In this document: positions 20,230 to 29,368 of the stretch, piece after piece
Layout of the letters: each line of letters opens with the position of its first letter
How positions within the stretch are numbered: the first letter of the stretch is position 1
Assembly: GCA_016186325.1 (NCBI GenBank)
Contig: JACPLW010000004.1
Location: forward strand, 446 to 64,445
Direction of reading: 5' to 3'
From: Parcubacteria group bacterium
Lineage (GTDB): Bacteria > Patescibacteriota > Minisyncoccia > UBA10092
DNA: 64,000 bases
Translations under genes and position numbers: made by a program
Notes under the pieces: model-generated
What the model saw: the letters and a program-made list of their open reading frames with translations, nothing else
What the model was told of the DNA's origin: nothing
Database searches by the model: none

Positions 20230-20628
20230 ATGAAATACGCGTTTGTTACATTTTTAATAATCAGCTTTGCCGGGGTGGCGGTTTTTGGCTTTCTTTCAAT
20301 GATTTATGGCGATATTCACGATGGCGGCTGTATTGCTTCAAGTGGCATGAATGCGCTTTGTCCCTTAAACGACGCTTTCACCTTTGTAGTTTTTCACCTC
20401 GGTGCTTTTAAATACTTTTCAACAGCGGTTCTTGTCGCTGTTTTATTGACTCTTCTTTCCGGAATAGTTTTTTCATTATTGCCGCGGCCATTAGATAAAG
20501 ATGAAGACGATAATTTTGTTTTTTCATATAATTTCGGGAAATTTCCAATACTTTCAAAAAACAAAGAAATTACCCGTTGGCTTTCGCTTCATATAAACAG
20601 TCCGGCTTTAGTTACGGTGGCGGTATAA
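20230..20628 (+). CDS. membrane protein with His/Cys residues, first gene of metal cluster
   Basis: Two TM segments, HDGGC…CP, LHINSP; ATG 20230 preferred. Confidence 0.6.
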   Translation: MKYAFVTFLIISFAGVAVFGFLSMIYGDIHDGGCIASSGMNALCPLNDAFTFVVFHLGAFKYFSTAVLVAVLLTLLSGIVFSLLPRPLDKDEDDNFVFSYNFGKFPILSKNKEITRWLSLHINSPALVTVAV

Positions 20629-20715
20629 GCCGATTTTTCGGTTTTTATCCGCGCGCCATTAATTCCTTCTTAAAAGAGGAATTTTTGTTTATTAATTTGT
20701 TTATAATATCTAAAT

Positions 20716-21225
20716 ATGGAAAATAAAAATAATATCATTATCTGGAGCGCCATCATTCTCGCCATTGTTGTCGGATTTATTTGGATTTCACGCCGCTCGT
20801 CTGAAAATCAGACTCCGAAAGCATCCTTAACCGGATCAAGCGCGCTTGCGGCTGCCGAAAGTTTCTTTGACTTTGGTAAAATCTCTATGGCCAAAGGCAA
20901 TGTCAGCCATGATTTTAGCGTTAAAAATACCGGCTCAAAACCCGTAAATATCACCAAAATTTATACTTCCTGCATGTGTACCACAGCGATTTTACAAATG
21001 TCTTCCGGCAAGGAACTCGGCCCTTACGGCATGCCCGGGCACGGCGGTTTTGCGCCGGCAATCAATCAAATTGTAATGCCGGGCGAAGAAATAACAATTA
21101 AAACGATATTTGATCCGGCGGCTCACGGTCCGGCCGGCGTTGGGCCAATTGAACGAGCGGTTTATGTTGAAAATGATTCCGGCAAACCTTTTGAAATTCA
21201 ATTTAAAGCAGTTGTGACCCCGTAG
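20716..21225 (+). CDS. DUF1573-like Ig-fold exported protein, candidate metal chaperone
   Basis: FDFGKI, TSCMCT, GMPGH, DPAAHG. Confidence 0.8.
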   Translation: MENKNNIIIWSAIILAIVVGFIWISRRSSENQTPKASLTGSSALAAAESFFDFGKISMAKGNVSHDFSVKNTGSKPVNITKIYTSCMCTTAILQMSSGKELGPYGMPGHGGFAPAINQIVMPGEEITIKTIFDPAAHGPAGVGPIERAVYVENDSGKPFEIQFKAVVTP

Positions 21226-21233
21226 GTTATGAA

Positions 21234-21334
21234 CCCCGTTAGATATCTATAAGATATTTTATAAGAAATATTTAACGAGGCTGGAAGTAAAAACAAAATT
21301 ATGGAAAAAAATAATAATCAAATATCTAACGGGG
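21234..21334. mobile_element. 101-bp non-autonomous element (CCCCGTTAGA family) with TGAA duplication
   Basis: Perfect 13-bp TIR CCCCGTTAGATAT/ATATCTAACGGGG flanked by TGAA at 21230-33 and 21335-38. Confidence 0.85.
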
Positions 21335-22116
21335 TGAACAAAAAATTTATTACCCTTGTCGTTTTTGGTGTCGCTTTGGCTACTTTTGCGCTGGTATTGC
21401 AGTGGGGGAATTTCGGTACGGCAATGCTTTGGCGCTTAAGCAATGAGGGTTCTTGGCTTTTACCGCTTATTGGCACGGCCGCGGTTTTAGACAGCATCAA
21501 TCCGTGTTCATTTTCGGTTTTGCTTTTAACCATCGCTTTTCTTTTCAGCATCGGTTCTTTCCGTTCAAAAATTATCAGGATAGGCGGTTTTTATATCTTC
21601 GGAATTTTTACGGTTTACATGCTTATTGGGCTCGGTATTTTACAGACACTGCATATCTTCGACACTCCTCATTTTATGGCCAAGCTCGGTGCAGTGCTTC
21701 TTATAGCACTTGGGTCAATCAATCTTATTAATGAATTTTTTCCTGCTTTTCCCATTAAACTTCGCATCCCTGCAGTCGCGCATCGTAAAATGGCCGGTCT
21801 TATGGAAAAAGCGTCGGTGCCGACCGCTTTTGCTTTGGGCGGACTTACCGGACTTTGCGAATTTCCCTGCACCGGCGGACCATACTTAATGGCTTTGGGA
21901 CTTCTTCACGATAAAGCGACATACGTAAACGGCTTGGGTTACTTACTTATTTATAATCTGATTTTTATTTTGCCTCTTGTAATCATTCTTGCCATCGCAA
22001 GCGACAGCTCGCTTCTGTCAAAAGTTTCAAATTGGCAAAAACGGGAAAGCAAGCCGATGCGTTTTTGGGGCGGAATTGCTATGATAGTACTGGGAGTATT
22101 TATATTCTTATTTTAA
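21301..22116 (+). CDS. CcdA/DsbD-type thiol-disulfide transmembrane protein
   Basis: DSINPC and LCEFPCTGGPY; N-terminal 12 aa derive from the inserted element. Confidence 0.85.
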   Translation: MEKNNNQISNGVNKKFITLVVFGVALATFALVLQWGNFGTAMLWRLSNEGSWLLPLIGTAAVLDSINPCSFSVLLLTIAFLFSIGSFRSKIIRIGGFYIFGIFTVYMLIGLGILQTLHIFDTPHFMAKLGAVLLIALGSINLINEFFPAFPIKLRIPAVAHRKMAGLMEKASVPTAFALGGLTGLCEFPCTGGPYLMALGLLHDKATYVNGLGYLLIYNLIFILPLVIILAIASDSSLLSKVSNWQKRESKPMRFWGGIAMIVLGVFIFLF

Positions 22117-22125
22117 ATTGCAAAA

Positions 22126-22524
22126 ATGCAAAAATTAAAAGTTAAAATATGTTCGGTCTGCGCTATAGTAAGTTTAACTTGGCTTTTAATTTCGGCCGGC
22201 ATAGTTATGGGACTGCTGGAAGCCGATAGCTGGGAATTGATTATCGCGATAGCTATGGGCGGCACAGTAACAGGTATCGCATTTCAGGCGGAAAAGAGAT
22301 TTGACTGGCATAGCCCAATGATGAAACTCATAATAATTATTATCGGCTTTATTCTTTCTTATTTTGCAATCGGCAATATCGGTTTATGGGTTTTGATATC
22401 CGAAGCGGCGATTATTCTGGTTTTAGGTTATTTGTTTTTTATTTTTAAAGTCGGCGGGGATATTAACGCCGCGGATCCAAAAAAATTAAAAGAGTTGGAA
22501 GAAAAAATGAAAGATTGTTGTTAA
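22126..22524 (+). CDS. membrane protein with N-terminal CxxC and C-terminal CC
   Basis: ICSVCA…4 TM…KMKDCC. Confidence 0.7.
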   Translation: MQKLKVKICSVCAIVSLTWLLISAGIVMGLLEADSWELIIAIAMGGTVTGIAFQAEKRFDWHSPMMKLIIIIIGFILSYFAIGNIGLWVLISEAAIILVLGYLFFIFKVGGDINAADPKKLKELEEKMKDCC

Positions 22525-22535
22525 TAAATTATGAA

Positions 22536-22815
22536 TCCCGTTAGAGATCCAAACCTTATGTTTTACACTTATGTAATTGAAAGTCAAAAAAGCGGCTATT
22601 GGTATACTGGAAGCGCCGATAATTTACGGAAACGTTTTAATCAACATAACTCAGGAAAGTCAACTTGGACAAAATACAGAGGTCCATGAAAATTAATATA
22701 TTATGAAGCATGTCTCAATGAAGAAGATTCAAGGTCGAGAGAAAAATATTTAAAAAGCGGTATGGGGAAATGTTATCTTAAAAACAGATTAAAACGTTTC
22801 CTATCTCTAACGGGA
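22536..22815 (+). mobile_element. 280-bp TIR element carrying a GIY-YIG nuclease gene
   Basis: Perfect 13-bp TIR TCCCGTTAGAGAT/ATCTCTAACGGGA; TGAA at 22532-35 and 22816-19. Confidence 0.85.
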
Positions 22816-22818
22816 TGA
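22558..22818 (+). pseudogene. small stand-alone GIY-YIG nuclease with one premature TGA (22687-89)
   Basis: MFYTYVIESQKSGYWYTGSADNLRKRFNQHNSGKSTWTKYRGP*KLIYYEACLNEEDSRSREKYLKSGMGKCYLKNRLKRFLSLTG: YxY…YTG, R-x3-HN, T, E-x2-LK. Confidence 0.85.
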
Positions 22819-23723
22819 AATTCACTAAAATAGAACTTTTCAGTGTTGCGGCTGTTTTAGGCCTTTCGGTTTTGTTTTTCAGTCAAGCGCGGGTTTTTAA
22901 TCAAAAAATATCAACGCCGTTTGCCACGCCTGCGCAAAATAATTTTGAGAATATTGTTTTGCCGCCAGGGGGCATAGAAATTCCGGTAAGGTGGAACGAT
23001 TTGGGCTCTAAACTTGTTGATGTAGGAGTGATTGATAAGAATAAGTTTGAAGCGATTTATTCACAGCGGGGCGGTTTGATTGAAGAAGAAAAACAAATTC
23101 TTTACGGAAAAAATAATGGAAATATAAAAATCACGCCGGAAAACGCAGGATTTTGGCTGAACATGCTTTGGGCATTTGGGCTTTCAAACAAAAATAAAAT
23201 TTTAGAAAACGGGCCGATGACCGATTTAAAATACGGCGGAGATGCAAGCAGATTTGCTTCTACCGGTGGCTGGACTTTAGCTAAAGGCGATCCTTCGACA
23301 GGCTCAAGACAAGGCGCGATGGAGCATTACTCAAAACACTCATTTATTATTCTGACATCGGAACAGCAAAAATTGGCGGAAGAAGTTTCCAAAAATATCT
23401 ATCGCCCGTGTTGCGGCAATCCAACTTACTTTCCCGACTGTAATCACGGAATGGCGATGCTGGGGCTTTTAGAACTTATGGCTTCACAAGGCATTTCCGA
23501 AAAAGAAATGTATAAAATCGCGCTCCAAATAAATTCATATTGGTTCCCCGACACGTATTTGACAATTGAAAAATATTTAAAGGAAAAGAAAAATACTGAT
23601 TGGGCCAACGCTGACCCGAAAGAAATTTTGGGTTATAATTATTCCAGCGCCTCCGGCTATCAAAATATTTTAAGCGAAGTCGCGCCCCCTGTTAATAACA
23701 GGGGCCAGGGTTGCGGCATATAA
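22815..23723 (+). CDS. membrane-anchored Cys/His-rich protein, candidate metal binder
   Basis: N-terminal TM; IYRPCCGN…PDCNHGMAM; C-terminal GCG. Confidence 0.75.
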   Translation: MKFTKIELFSVAAVLGLSVLFFSQARVFNQKISTPFATPAQNNFENIVLPPGGIEIPVRWNDLGSKLVDVGVIDKNKFEAIYSQRGGLIEEEKQILYGKNNGNIKITPENAGFWLNMLWAFGLSNKNKILENGPMTDLKYGGDASRFASTGGWTLAKGDPSTGSRQGAMEHYSKHSFIILTSEQQKLAEEVSKNIYRPCCGNPTYFPDCNHGMAMLGLLELMASQGISEKEMYKIALQINSYWFPDTYLTIEKYLKEKKNTDWANADPKEILGYNYSSASGYQNILSEVAPPVNNRGQGCGI

Positions 23724-23767
23724 TGAGTATAAAGGTCGATAATTAGTAATTAACATTAAATAAAATT

Positions 23768-24028
23768 ATGGAACTTGATAAAAATAAATTTGCGTTAGCG
23801 GCCAGTGCGGTAATGGGAGTCTGGTATGTTATTTGCGCTGCCTTTGTTGCTTTGGTGCCGGATTTGGCGATGAAACTTTTTAGCTACATGGTTCACCTTG
23901 TGAACTTAGAGGCAGGCGTGGTGGGCTTCCCTCAAGCGGTATACGGATTTGTTGAAGTAGTTGTTTTTACCTACATAACCGCGTATGTTTTTGCCTGGCT
24001 GCACAATCGGTTTATGAAAGCCGCTTAA
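23768..24028 (+). CDS. DUF5676-like small membrane protein
   Basis: 86 aa, YVICAAFV…MVH…YVFAWLHNR. Confidence 0.7.
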   Translation: MELDKNKFALAASAVMGVWYVICAAFVALVPDLAMKLFSYMVHLVNLEAGVVGFPQAVYGFVEVVVFTYITAYVFAWLHNRFMKAA

Positions 24029-24481
24029 GTGTTTAAAAAGTTTTTTGTTTTAACTTTATATGCCGTTGCCATGGCGCTCGTTGAAGCCGCGGTGGTTATT
24101 TATCTTCGGGAACTTTATTATCCTTTGGAATTTTTTATTAATTCTGTTCAGGATTTGGCCGTTATGCCCGAGCGAATTCTGCGCGTGGAATTATGGCGCG
24201 AAGTCGCTACAATTATAATGCTTGCGGCCGTTGGTTTTTTATTTTCCAGTCGCTTAAAGAAGAAAATTTTGGGATTTATCTGGGCTTTTTCCATTTGGGA
24301 CCTCTTTTATTATTTTTTTCTATACTTATTTCTTAAATGGCCGCCCTCGCTTTTAACAGCGGACGTATACTTTTTAATTCCTTGGCCGTGGATTGGCCCG
24401 GTATGGTTTCCTTTAATACTTTTTAGTACGCTCGCGGTTGTTTCATTTTGGCTTATCGTAAAATCAAAATATGAATCATAA
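24029..24481 (+). CDS. conserved multi-TM membrane protein
   Basis: GTG start; [33 protein letters not shown]. Confidence 0.75.
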   Translation: MFKKFFVLTLYAVAMALVEAAVVIYLRELYYPLEFFINSVQDLAVMPERILRVELWREVATIIMLAAVGFLFSSRLKKKILGFIWAFSIWDLFYYFFLYLFLKWPPSLLTADVYFLIPWPWIGPVWFPLILFSTLAVVSFWLIVKSKYES

Positions 24482-26639
24482 TCATCACAAAACAGTTTAC
24501 ACTTGTCCAATGCATCCAGAAGTAGTTAAAAACGAACCGGGACTTTGTCCGGGCTGCGGAATGGCGCTTATTCCCAAAGAAGTTGACGGCGGAATAACGG
24601 AATTTGATGTTTCGGAGTTGAGCCATAAAGATCACGAAATGGCGATGGCCAGCCCGCAGATGGCAAAAAAAATGGAAGCTGACATGCGCCGCCGGTTTTT
24701 AGTTTCTTTTCTGCTTTCCATCCCGATTTTTCTATATTCACCCGTCGGCATTAATTTTTTCAAACTAAATCTTCCGACTCCCATTCCCGTCAATTGGTTG
24801 CTCCTGATTCTTACCACCCCAATTGTATTCTGGACAGGTTCAATTTTTATTACGGGCACCTATTACTCGCTTAAGGCGCGTAAGCTCAATATGTCGGTTT
24901 TAATTGCCACCGGCGTTTTGGCGGCCTATCTTTTCAGCGTTCTCTTGACGGTGGCGCGGCCGGGATCGGAAACTTTCTATGAAGCGGCGGCGCTTCTTGT
25001 AACTTTCGTGCTTTTCGGTCACTGGATGGAAATGAAGTCCCGGCGCGGCACTTCCGACGCGCTCCGCGCGCTTTTTGATTTGGTGCCGCCGCAGGCAAAA
25101 GTGGTTCGCGATGGAAAAGAGATCACGATTCCAAGCGCCGAAATTATTCATAATGATATTGTGGTTCTGCGGCCCGGCGACAAGGTGCCGGTTGATGGCG
25201 TCATTGTTGATGGAGAGTCATCAATTGATGAGTCTCTTGTTACCGGCGAATCAATTCCGGTTTCGAAAACGGTCAGCGATAAGGTGGTGGGCGGTTCGGT
25301 AAACCAAACCGGCGCGGTTAAATTCAAGGCGACGCAAGTCGGTTCGGAAACTGTCCTAGCTCAAATCATAAAACTTGTTGAAACTGCCCAAAACTCTAAA
25401 GCTCCGGGCCAGCGCATTGCCGACAAGGCTGCCGGCTGGCTGGTGATAGTTGCTATTAGTTCGGGACTCGCCGCGTTTATGGGGTGGTATTTTGGCGCTG
25501 ATGCCGGACTTCTTATTGCGCTTACTTTCGCGATTTCCGCGGTAGTAATTGCCTGCCCGGATGCTTTGGGTTTGGCAACGCCAACTGCAGTCGCGGTCGG
25601 AACGGGAATCGGCGCCAAGCACAACATTCTTATTAAAGACGCGGCGACTCTTGAAAACACCTCGCGAATCAGCGCGATTATTTTGGATAAAACCGGAACA
25701 CTTACGGAAGGAAAACCAAAAGTTACTGATGTTATGGCATTTAATGATTTTACCGAAGATGATTTGCTCAAATACGAAGCCAGCTTGGAAGCCGGGTCTA
25801 ATCATCCGCTGGCCAAGGCCATATTTGAAGAAACCGAAAGGCGCAATGCCTTACCGCTTAAGCCAATGGAAAATTTTGAGTCTATTGCCGGCTACGGACT
25901 TAAAGCGAAAATTGCCGGCAAGATTGTTTTGGCCGGAAAAGAAAAGTTGCTTAATGATAACGGCGTTGCGACCGAACCGATGAAAGACATTCTTGATCGG
26001 TTGGCAAAAGAGGGGAAAACGCTAAGCCTGCTTTCGATTGATGGAGTTTTTGCCGGCGTTATTGCCGCGGCGGACCCGCCTCGGGCAAATTCTAAAAAAA
26101 CTATTATGGCGCTAAAGAATCTGGGGTTAGAGGTGGCGATGATCACCGGCGATCACCCAAAAGTGGCGGAAGGCATTGGGCATGAGCTTGGTATTGATAG
26201 GGTATTTGCCGAAGTGCTTCCTGGCGATAAAGCAAAATATGTTAAAAAATTGCAGGATGAAGGAAAGTTTGTGGCGATGGTTGGCGACGGCATCAATGAC
26301 GCGCCGGCACTCGCGCAGTCGGATATCGGTATTGCTATCGGCGCCGGAACGGATGTTGCCATAGAAACCGGCAATATCGTTCTTATGAAATCGGACCCGT
26401 ACGACATTGTCGCGGCTTTGCGCTTAAGCAAGGCCACGGTTACTAAAATGAAGCAGAATCTTTTCTGGGCGGCTATTTATAATATTTTAGCGATACCGGT
26501 TGCGGCCGGAATATTTTACAGCTCGCTTGGCTGGTCTTTGCGGCCGGAAATTTCTGCGCTTTTAATGTCGGCCTCATCAATCATCGTTGCTACTAATGCA
26601 GTATTATTAAAAAGAGTTGAACCAAAGCTAAAAATTTAA
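24471..26639 (+). CDS. copA: heavy-metal (copper) translocating P1B-type ATPase
   Basis: YTCPMHP…[38 protein letters not shown]. Confidence 0.9.
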   Translation: MNHNHHKTVYTCPMHPEVVKNEPGLCPGCGMALIPKEVDGGITEFDVSELSHKDHEMAMASPQMAKKMEADMRRRFLVSFLLSIPIFLYSPVGINFFKLNLPTPIPVNWLLLILTTPIVFWTGSIFITGTYYSLKARKLNMSVLIATGVLAAYLFSVLLTVARPGSETFYEAAALLVTFVLFGHWMEMKSRRGTSDALRALFDLVPPQAKVVRDGKEITIPSAEIIHNDIVVLRPGDKVPVDGVIVDGESSIDESLVTGESIPVSKTVSDKVVGGSVNQTGAVKFKATQVGSETVLAQIIKLVETAQNSKAPGQRIADKAAGWLVIVAISSGLAAFMGWYFGADAGLLIALTFAISAVVIACPDALGLATPTAVAVGTGIGAKHNILIKDAATLENTSRISAIILDKTGTLTEGKPKVTDVMAFNDFTEDDLLKYEASLEAGSNHPLAKAIFEETERRNALPLKPMENFESIAGYGLKAKIAGKIVLAGKEKLLNDNGVATEPMKDILDRLAKEGKTLSLLSIDGVFAGVIAAADPPRANSKKTIMALKNLGLEVAMITGDHPKVAEGIGHELGIDRVFAEVLPGDKAKYVKKLQDEGKFVAMVGDGINDAPALAQSDIGIAIGAGTDVAIETGNIVLMKSDPYDIVAALRLSKATVTKMKQNLFWAAIYNILAIPVAAGIFYSSLGWSLRPEISALLMSASSIIVATNAVLLKRVEPKLKI

Positions 26640-26692
26640 ATAATTATTAAAAACATCCTCCTTCGCGTAAAGCTACGGAGGACAAGAAAAAT

Positions 26693-27112
26693 ATGAACAC
26701 AAAATTTATTAACCCCGAAGAAAATTTGCTTCGCAAATTTAACGGGGCAAGCTGGGTTTTGCGCATCTCTGTTGCCGGTGAATTTATTGGACATGGAGTT
26801 TTCGCTATTCAAGGTAAAAAAGACTGGGTGAACTGGTTTTCCACTTTTGGCATTTCCGATATCGGATTAGCAACTCAACTTTTATTTCTTGTCGGCATAA
26901 TGGATATCGCTTTGGCAATTTTAATTTTGATAAAACCCGTTCGCGTCGCTTTGCTATGGATGGTGTTTTGGGGATTTTGGACGGCGCTTTTGCGCCCGAT
27001 TGTCGGAATGCCCGTCTGGGATTTTGTTGAAAGATGGGCGAACTGGGGCGCGCCACTTGCCTTACTTTTGGTTATCGGCTGGCCGAAAAACTGGCGCGAA
27101 TGGCTTAAATAA
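26693..27112 (+). CDS. DoxX-like membrane protein
   Basis: LRISVAGEFIGHG, FVERWANWGAPL. Confidence 0.7.
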   Translation: MNTKFINPEENLLRKFNGASWVLRISVAGEFIGHGVFAIQGKKDWVNWFSTFGISDIGLATQLLFLVGIMDIALAILILIKPVRVALLWMVFWGFWTALLRPIVGMPVWDFVERWANWGAPLALLLVIGWPKNWREWLK

Positions 27113-27220
27113 AAAACCAAAATTAAAACGCGCTTGGCAACATTGCAAGTTTAGAACCGATCGGAAATTAACTTGCAAATTTAGTTGACAAAGGTTTTCA
27201 GGCGTATTATCATTATAACA

Positions 27221-27368
27221 ATGATTAGACGTTGCTTTATTACTAAAGACATTACCCGAGCCCAATTTTTGGGCAAATTTTGCCGAGGCGGATTTGTAAT
27301 TCCCATTAGCTAATTTTGGCTTAAGATTGGAATAAACCCGCCCCGAGCGTAGTCGAGGGGCGGGTTTA
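27221..27368 (+). promoter_or_regulatory. putative attenuator: 30-aa leader ORF (27221..27313) plus terminator hairpin (27333..27368)
   Basis: TTGACA at 27185; MIRRCFITKDITRAQFLGKFCRGGFVIPIS*; taaacccgcccc/ggggcgggttta stem. Confidence 0.45.
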
Positions 27369-27410
27369 ATTTTCAGAGAACATTAACAACTTAAGAAGAA
27401 GGGAGACGAG

Positions 27411-29297
27411 ATGGAAAATTCTGAAGAAACAAGAGAAATCCCGCTTACTTGGCGCGATTATGTTAAAAGCGCTAAAGAAACCGCATCTCTATTCAAGTGG
27501 GTTGTTCGAGAGCTTTCAACCGATGCGTGCCGGTATTGGACCAAGCGGTTCATAGTAGCCTTGCTTTTCTCTACCGCTTTTACGGCGGCTTCCCCATGGT
27601 TTTTCGGTTATATTTTTAACGGTTTAACGGATCGCAAATGGCGCACCATTATAATCGGCTTTGCCGGTATTGCCTTATGTTTCATTTTTGATAGAATTGC
27701 CAGCTACTATAGAGATATCGCAAGAGAGTATATTGCCGGTATGAGCTGGGGAACTTTAGACGAGCGCATTACGGAGCTCTTCTTTGAAAAGTCAATGGGT
27801 CAGCACATACAGGAGAGCTCGTCTCTAAACGTTGCCAATATAGACAAGGGCCGCGGCAAAGTGATTCATCTTCACAATATGATGTTGTTTGACGGAATTC
27901 CCATGCTGCTGTCGCTGTTGTTTTCCTATATTATGATATGGGTTTTTAGCATAGTTGCCGGAGCGATTACAACTTTTGTCATTGCCGTTTATCTGATTTG
28001 GATGTTGTTTCTTAATCAGAAAGTGATTGAAGTTTGTTTCCCGATCGATAAAGAATTTAGAAAATTAAATCGCTATCGCCTTGAACGCTGGGAAAAAGTT
28101 GAACGAGTAAAAACATGCGGCAAGGAGTTAGAAGAACTTCCGTTTATGAGTGCATGGTTTAATAGAGCGATAAATCAAGATAGAGGTTTTTGGATTTGGG
28201 TAATAAAACAGTGCAGTTTTCGCGGTTCTTTTAACTTTCTGGGGTTCTTCATGATATTGAGTTATGGCGCTTGGCAGGTTTATAGCGGCAACTGGATAAT
28301 TGGATCATTATACTCTCTTTACATTTGGAGCTTGAGAGTTCTTGAAAATATCTGGCGCGTAGGAGACATTGAGCACGAATTTAACTGGAATATGCCGGCA
28401 GTTCGCTCAATGATAAATGCCTTGTCAATAAAGCCGGATTTGGTTGAGAAAGATAATGCGCTCGGTACTTCTAATATTTCAGAGATTGGCATTGAATTTA
28501 AGGATGTTACCCACACTTATCCGTTTGGAAGCGAAGAAGATGAAGACAATAGTTCTAAAAAGAACGGAATGCCGGTTGTCAGTAAAATCAATTTTACTAT
28601 TGATCCGGGCGATAAAGTTGCGTTAATTGGAGAAAGTGGCGCTGGAAAAACCACGATTATGAGGCTGCTTCTAAGATATATGGATCCTGACCACGGGAAT
28701 ATATTTGTTAACTCTGCAGATCTTCGCGATGTAAAATTAAAATCATGGATGAGTTGCATCGGCTACATTCCCCAGCAGTCGCAAATATACGACGGCACGG
28801 TTCGCTATAACTTAACTTACGGTCTAAGCCCGGAAAAACGGGAAAAAATTACCGATGATGAGCTGTGGAAGTTAATGAGGTCATTAAAAGTGGATTTCGG
28901 CAGCCGATTAGTCAATGGGTTGGAAACGATGGTCGGAAGAAACGGCATTAAACTGTCTGGCGGTGAAGCGCAGCGTCTTATGATAGCTGCGGCGACGATA
29001 AAGAACCCGCTTCTTTTGGTAATTGATGAAGCAACGAGCAATCTTGACTCGTCTACGGAAAAAGCGGTTCAGGCCGGTTTGGCTGCGATTCTCGAAAGCA
29101 AAATCAGCGCTTTGATTGTGGCGCACCGCTTGAGCACGATTCGCAAGCTTTGCAACAAATTTATTGTTCTTAAAAATTCCGATGAAGTTAAAAACGGCGG
29201 TTCTCAAATAGAGGCGATTGCCGGTTCTTTTGAAGAGTTGTATAAAATTTCGCCGACTTTCAAGCGATTGGCCGATGACCAGGATATAGTTATTTAG
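27411..29297 (+). CDS. ABC exporter, fused TMD-NBD half transporter
   Basis: N-terminal TM domain, GESGAGKT, LSGGEAQR, IDEATSNLD, AHRLST. Confidence 0.92.
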   Translation: MENSEETREIPLTWRDYVKSAKETASLFKWVVRELSTDACRYWTKRFIVALLFSTAFTAASPWFFGYIFNGLTDRKWRTIIIGFAGIALCFIFDRIASYYRDIAREYIAGMSWGTLDERITELFFEKSMGQHIQESSSLNVANIDKGRGKVIHLHNMMLFDGIPMLLSLLFSYIMIWVFSIVAGAITTFVIAVYLIWMLFLNQKVIEVCFPIDKEFRKLNRYRLERWEKVERVKTCGKELEELPFMSAWFNRAINQDRGFWIWVIKQCSFRGSFNFLGFFMILSYGAWQVYSGNWIIGSLYSLYIWSLRVLENIWRVGDIEHEFNWNMPAVRSMINALSIKPDLVEKDNALGTSNISEIGIEFKDVTHTYPFGSEEDEDNSSKKNGMPVVSKINFTIDPGDKVALIGESGAGKTTIMRLLLRYMDPDHGNIFVNSADLRDVKLKSWMSCIGYIPQQSQIYDGTVRYNLTYGLSPEKREKITDDELWKLMRSLKVDFGSRLVNGLETMVGRNGIKLSGGEAQRLMIAAATIKNPLLLVIDEATSNLDSSTEKAVQAGLAAILESKISALIVAHRLSTIRKLCNKFIVLKNSDEVKNGGSQIEAIAGSFEELYKISPTFKRLADDQDIVI

Positions 29298-29368
29298 TTA
29301 TTGAAAATTTTTACCCCCGCGAAGCGGGGGATTTCTTTTTTGTTGAATTATGTTAAACTAAAAAAGTT

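Noticed and set aside
21214-21225. gtgaccccgtag as an extra left end of the CCCCGTTAGA family
   Set aside because: It is the VTP-stop of the upstream gene and lacks one T and a matching right end; likely coincidence.
22687-22689. In-frame TGA in the GIY-YIG gene as evidence of stop-codon reassignment or selenocysteine
   Set aside because: TGA terminates many clear genes here (e.g. 5021, 7506) and no other gene needs read-through; a TGG>TGA mutation or sequencing error is simpler.
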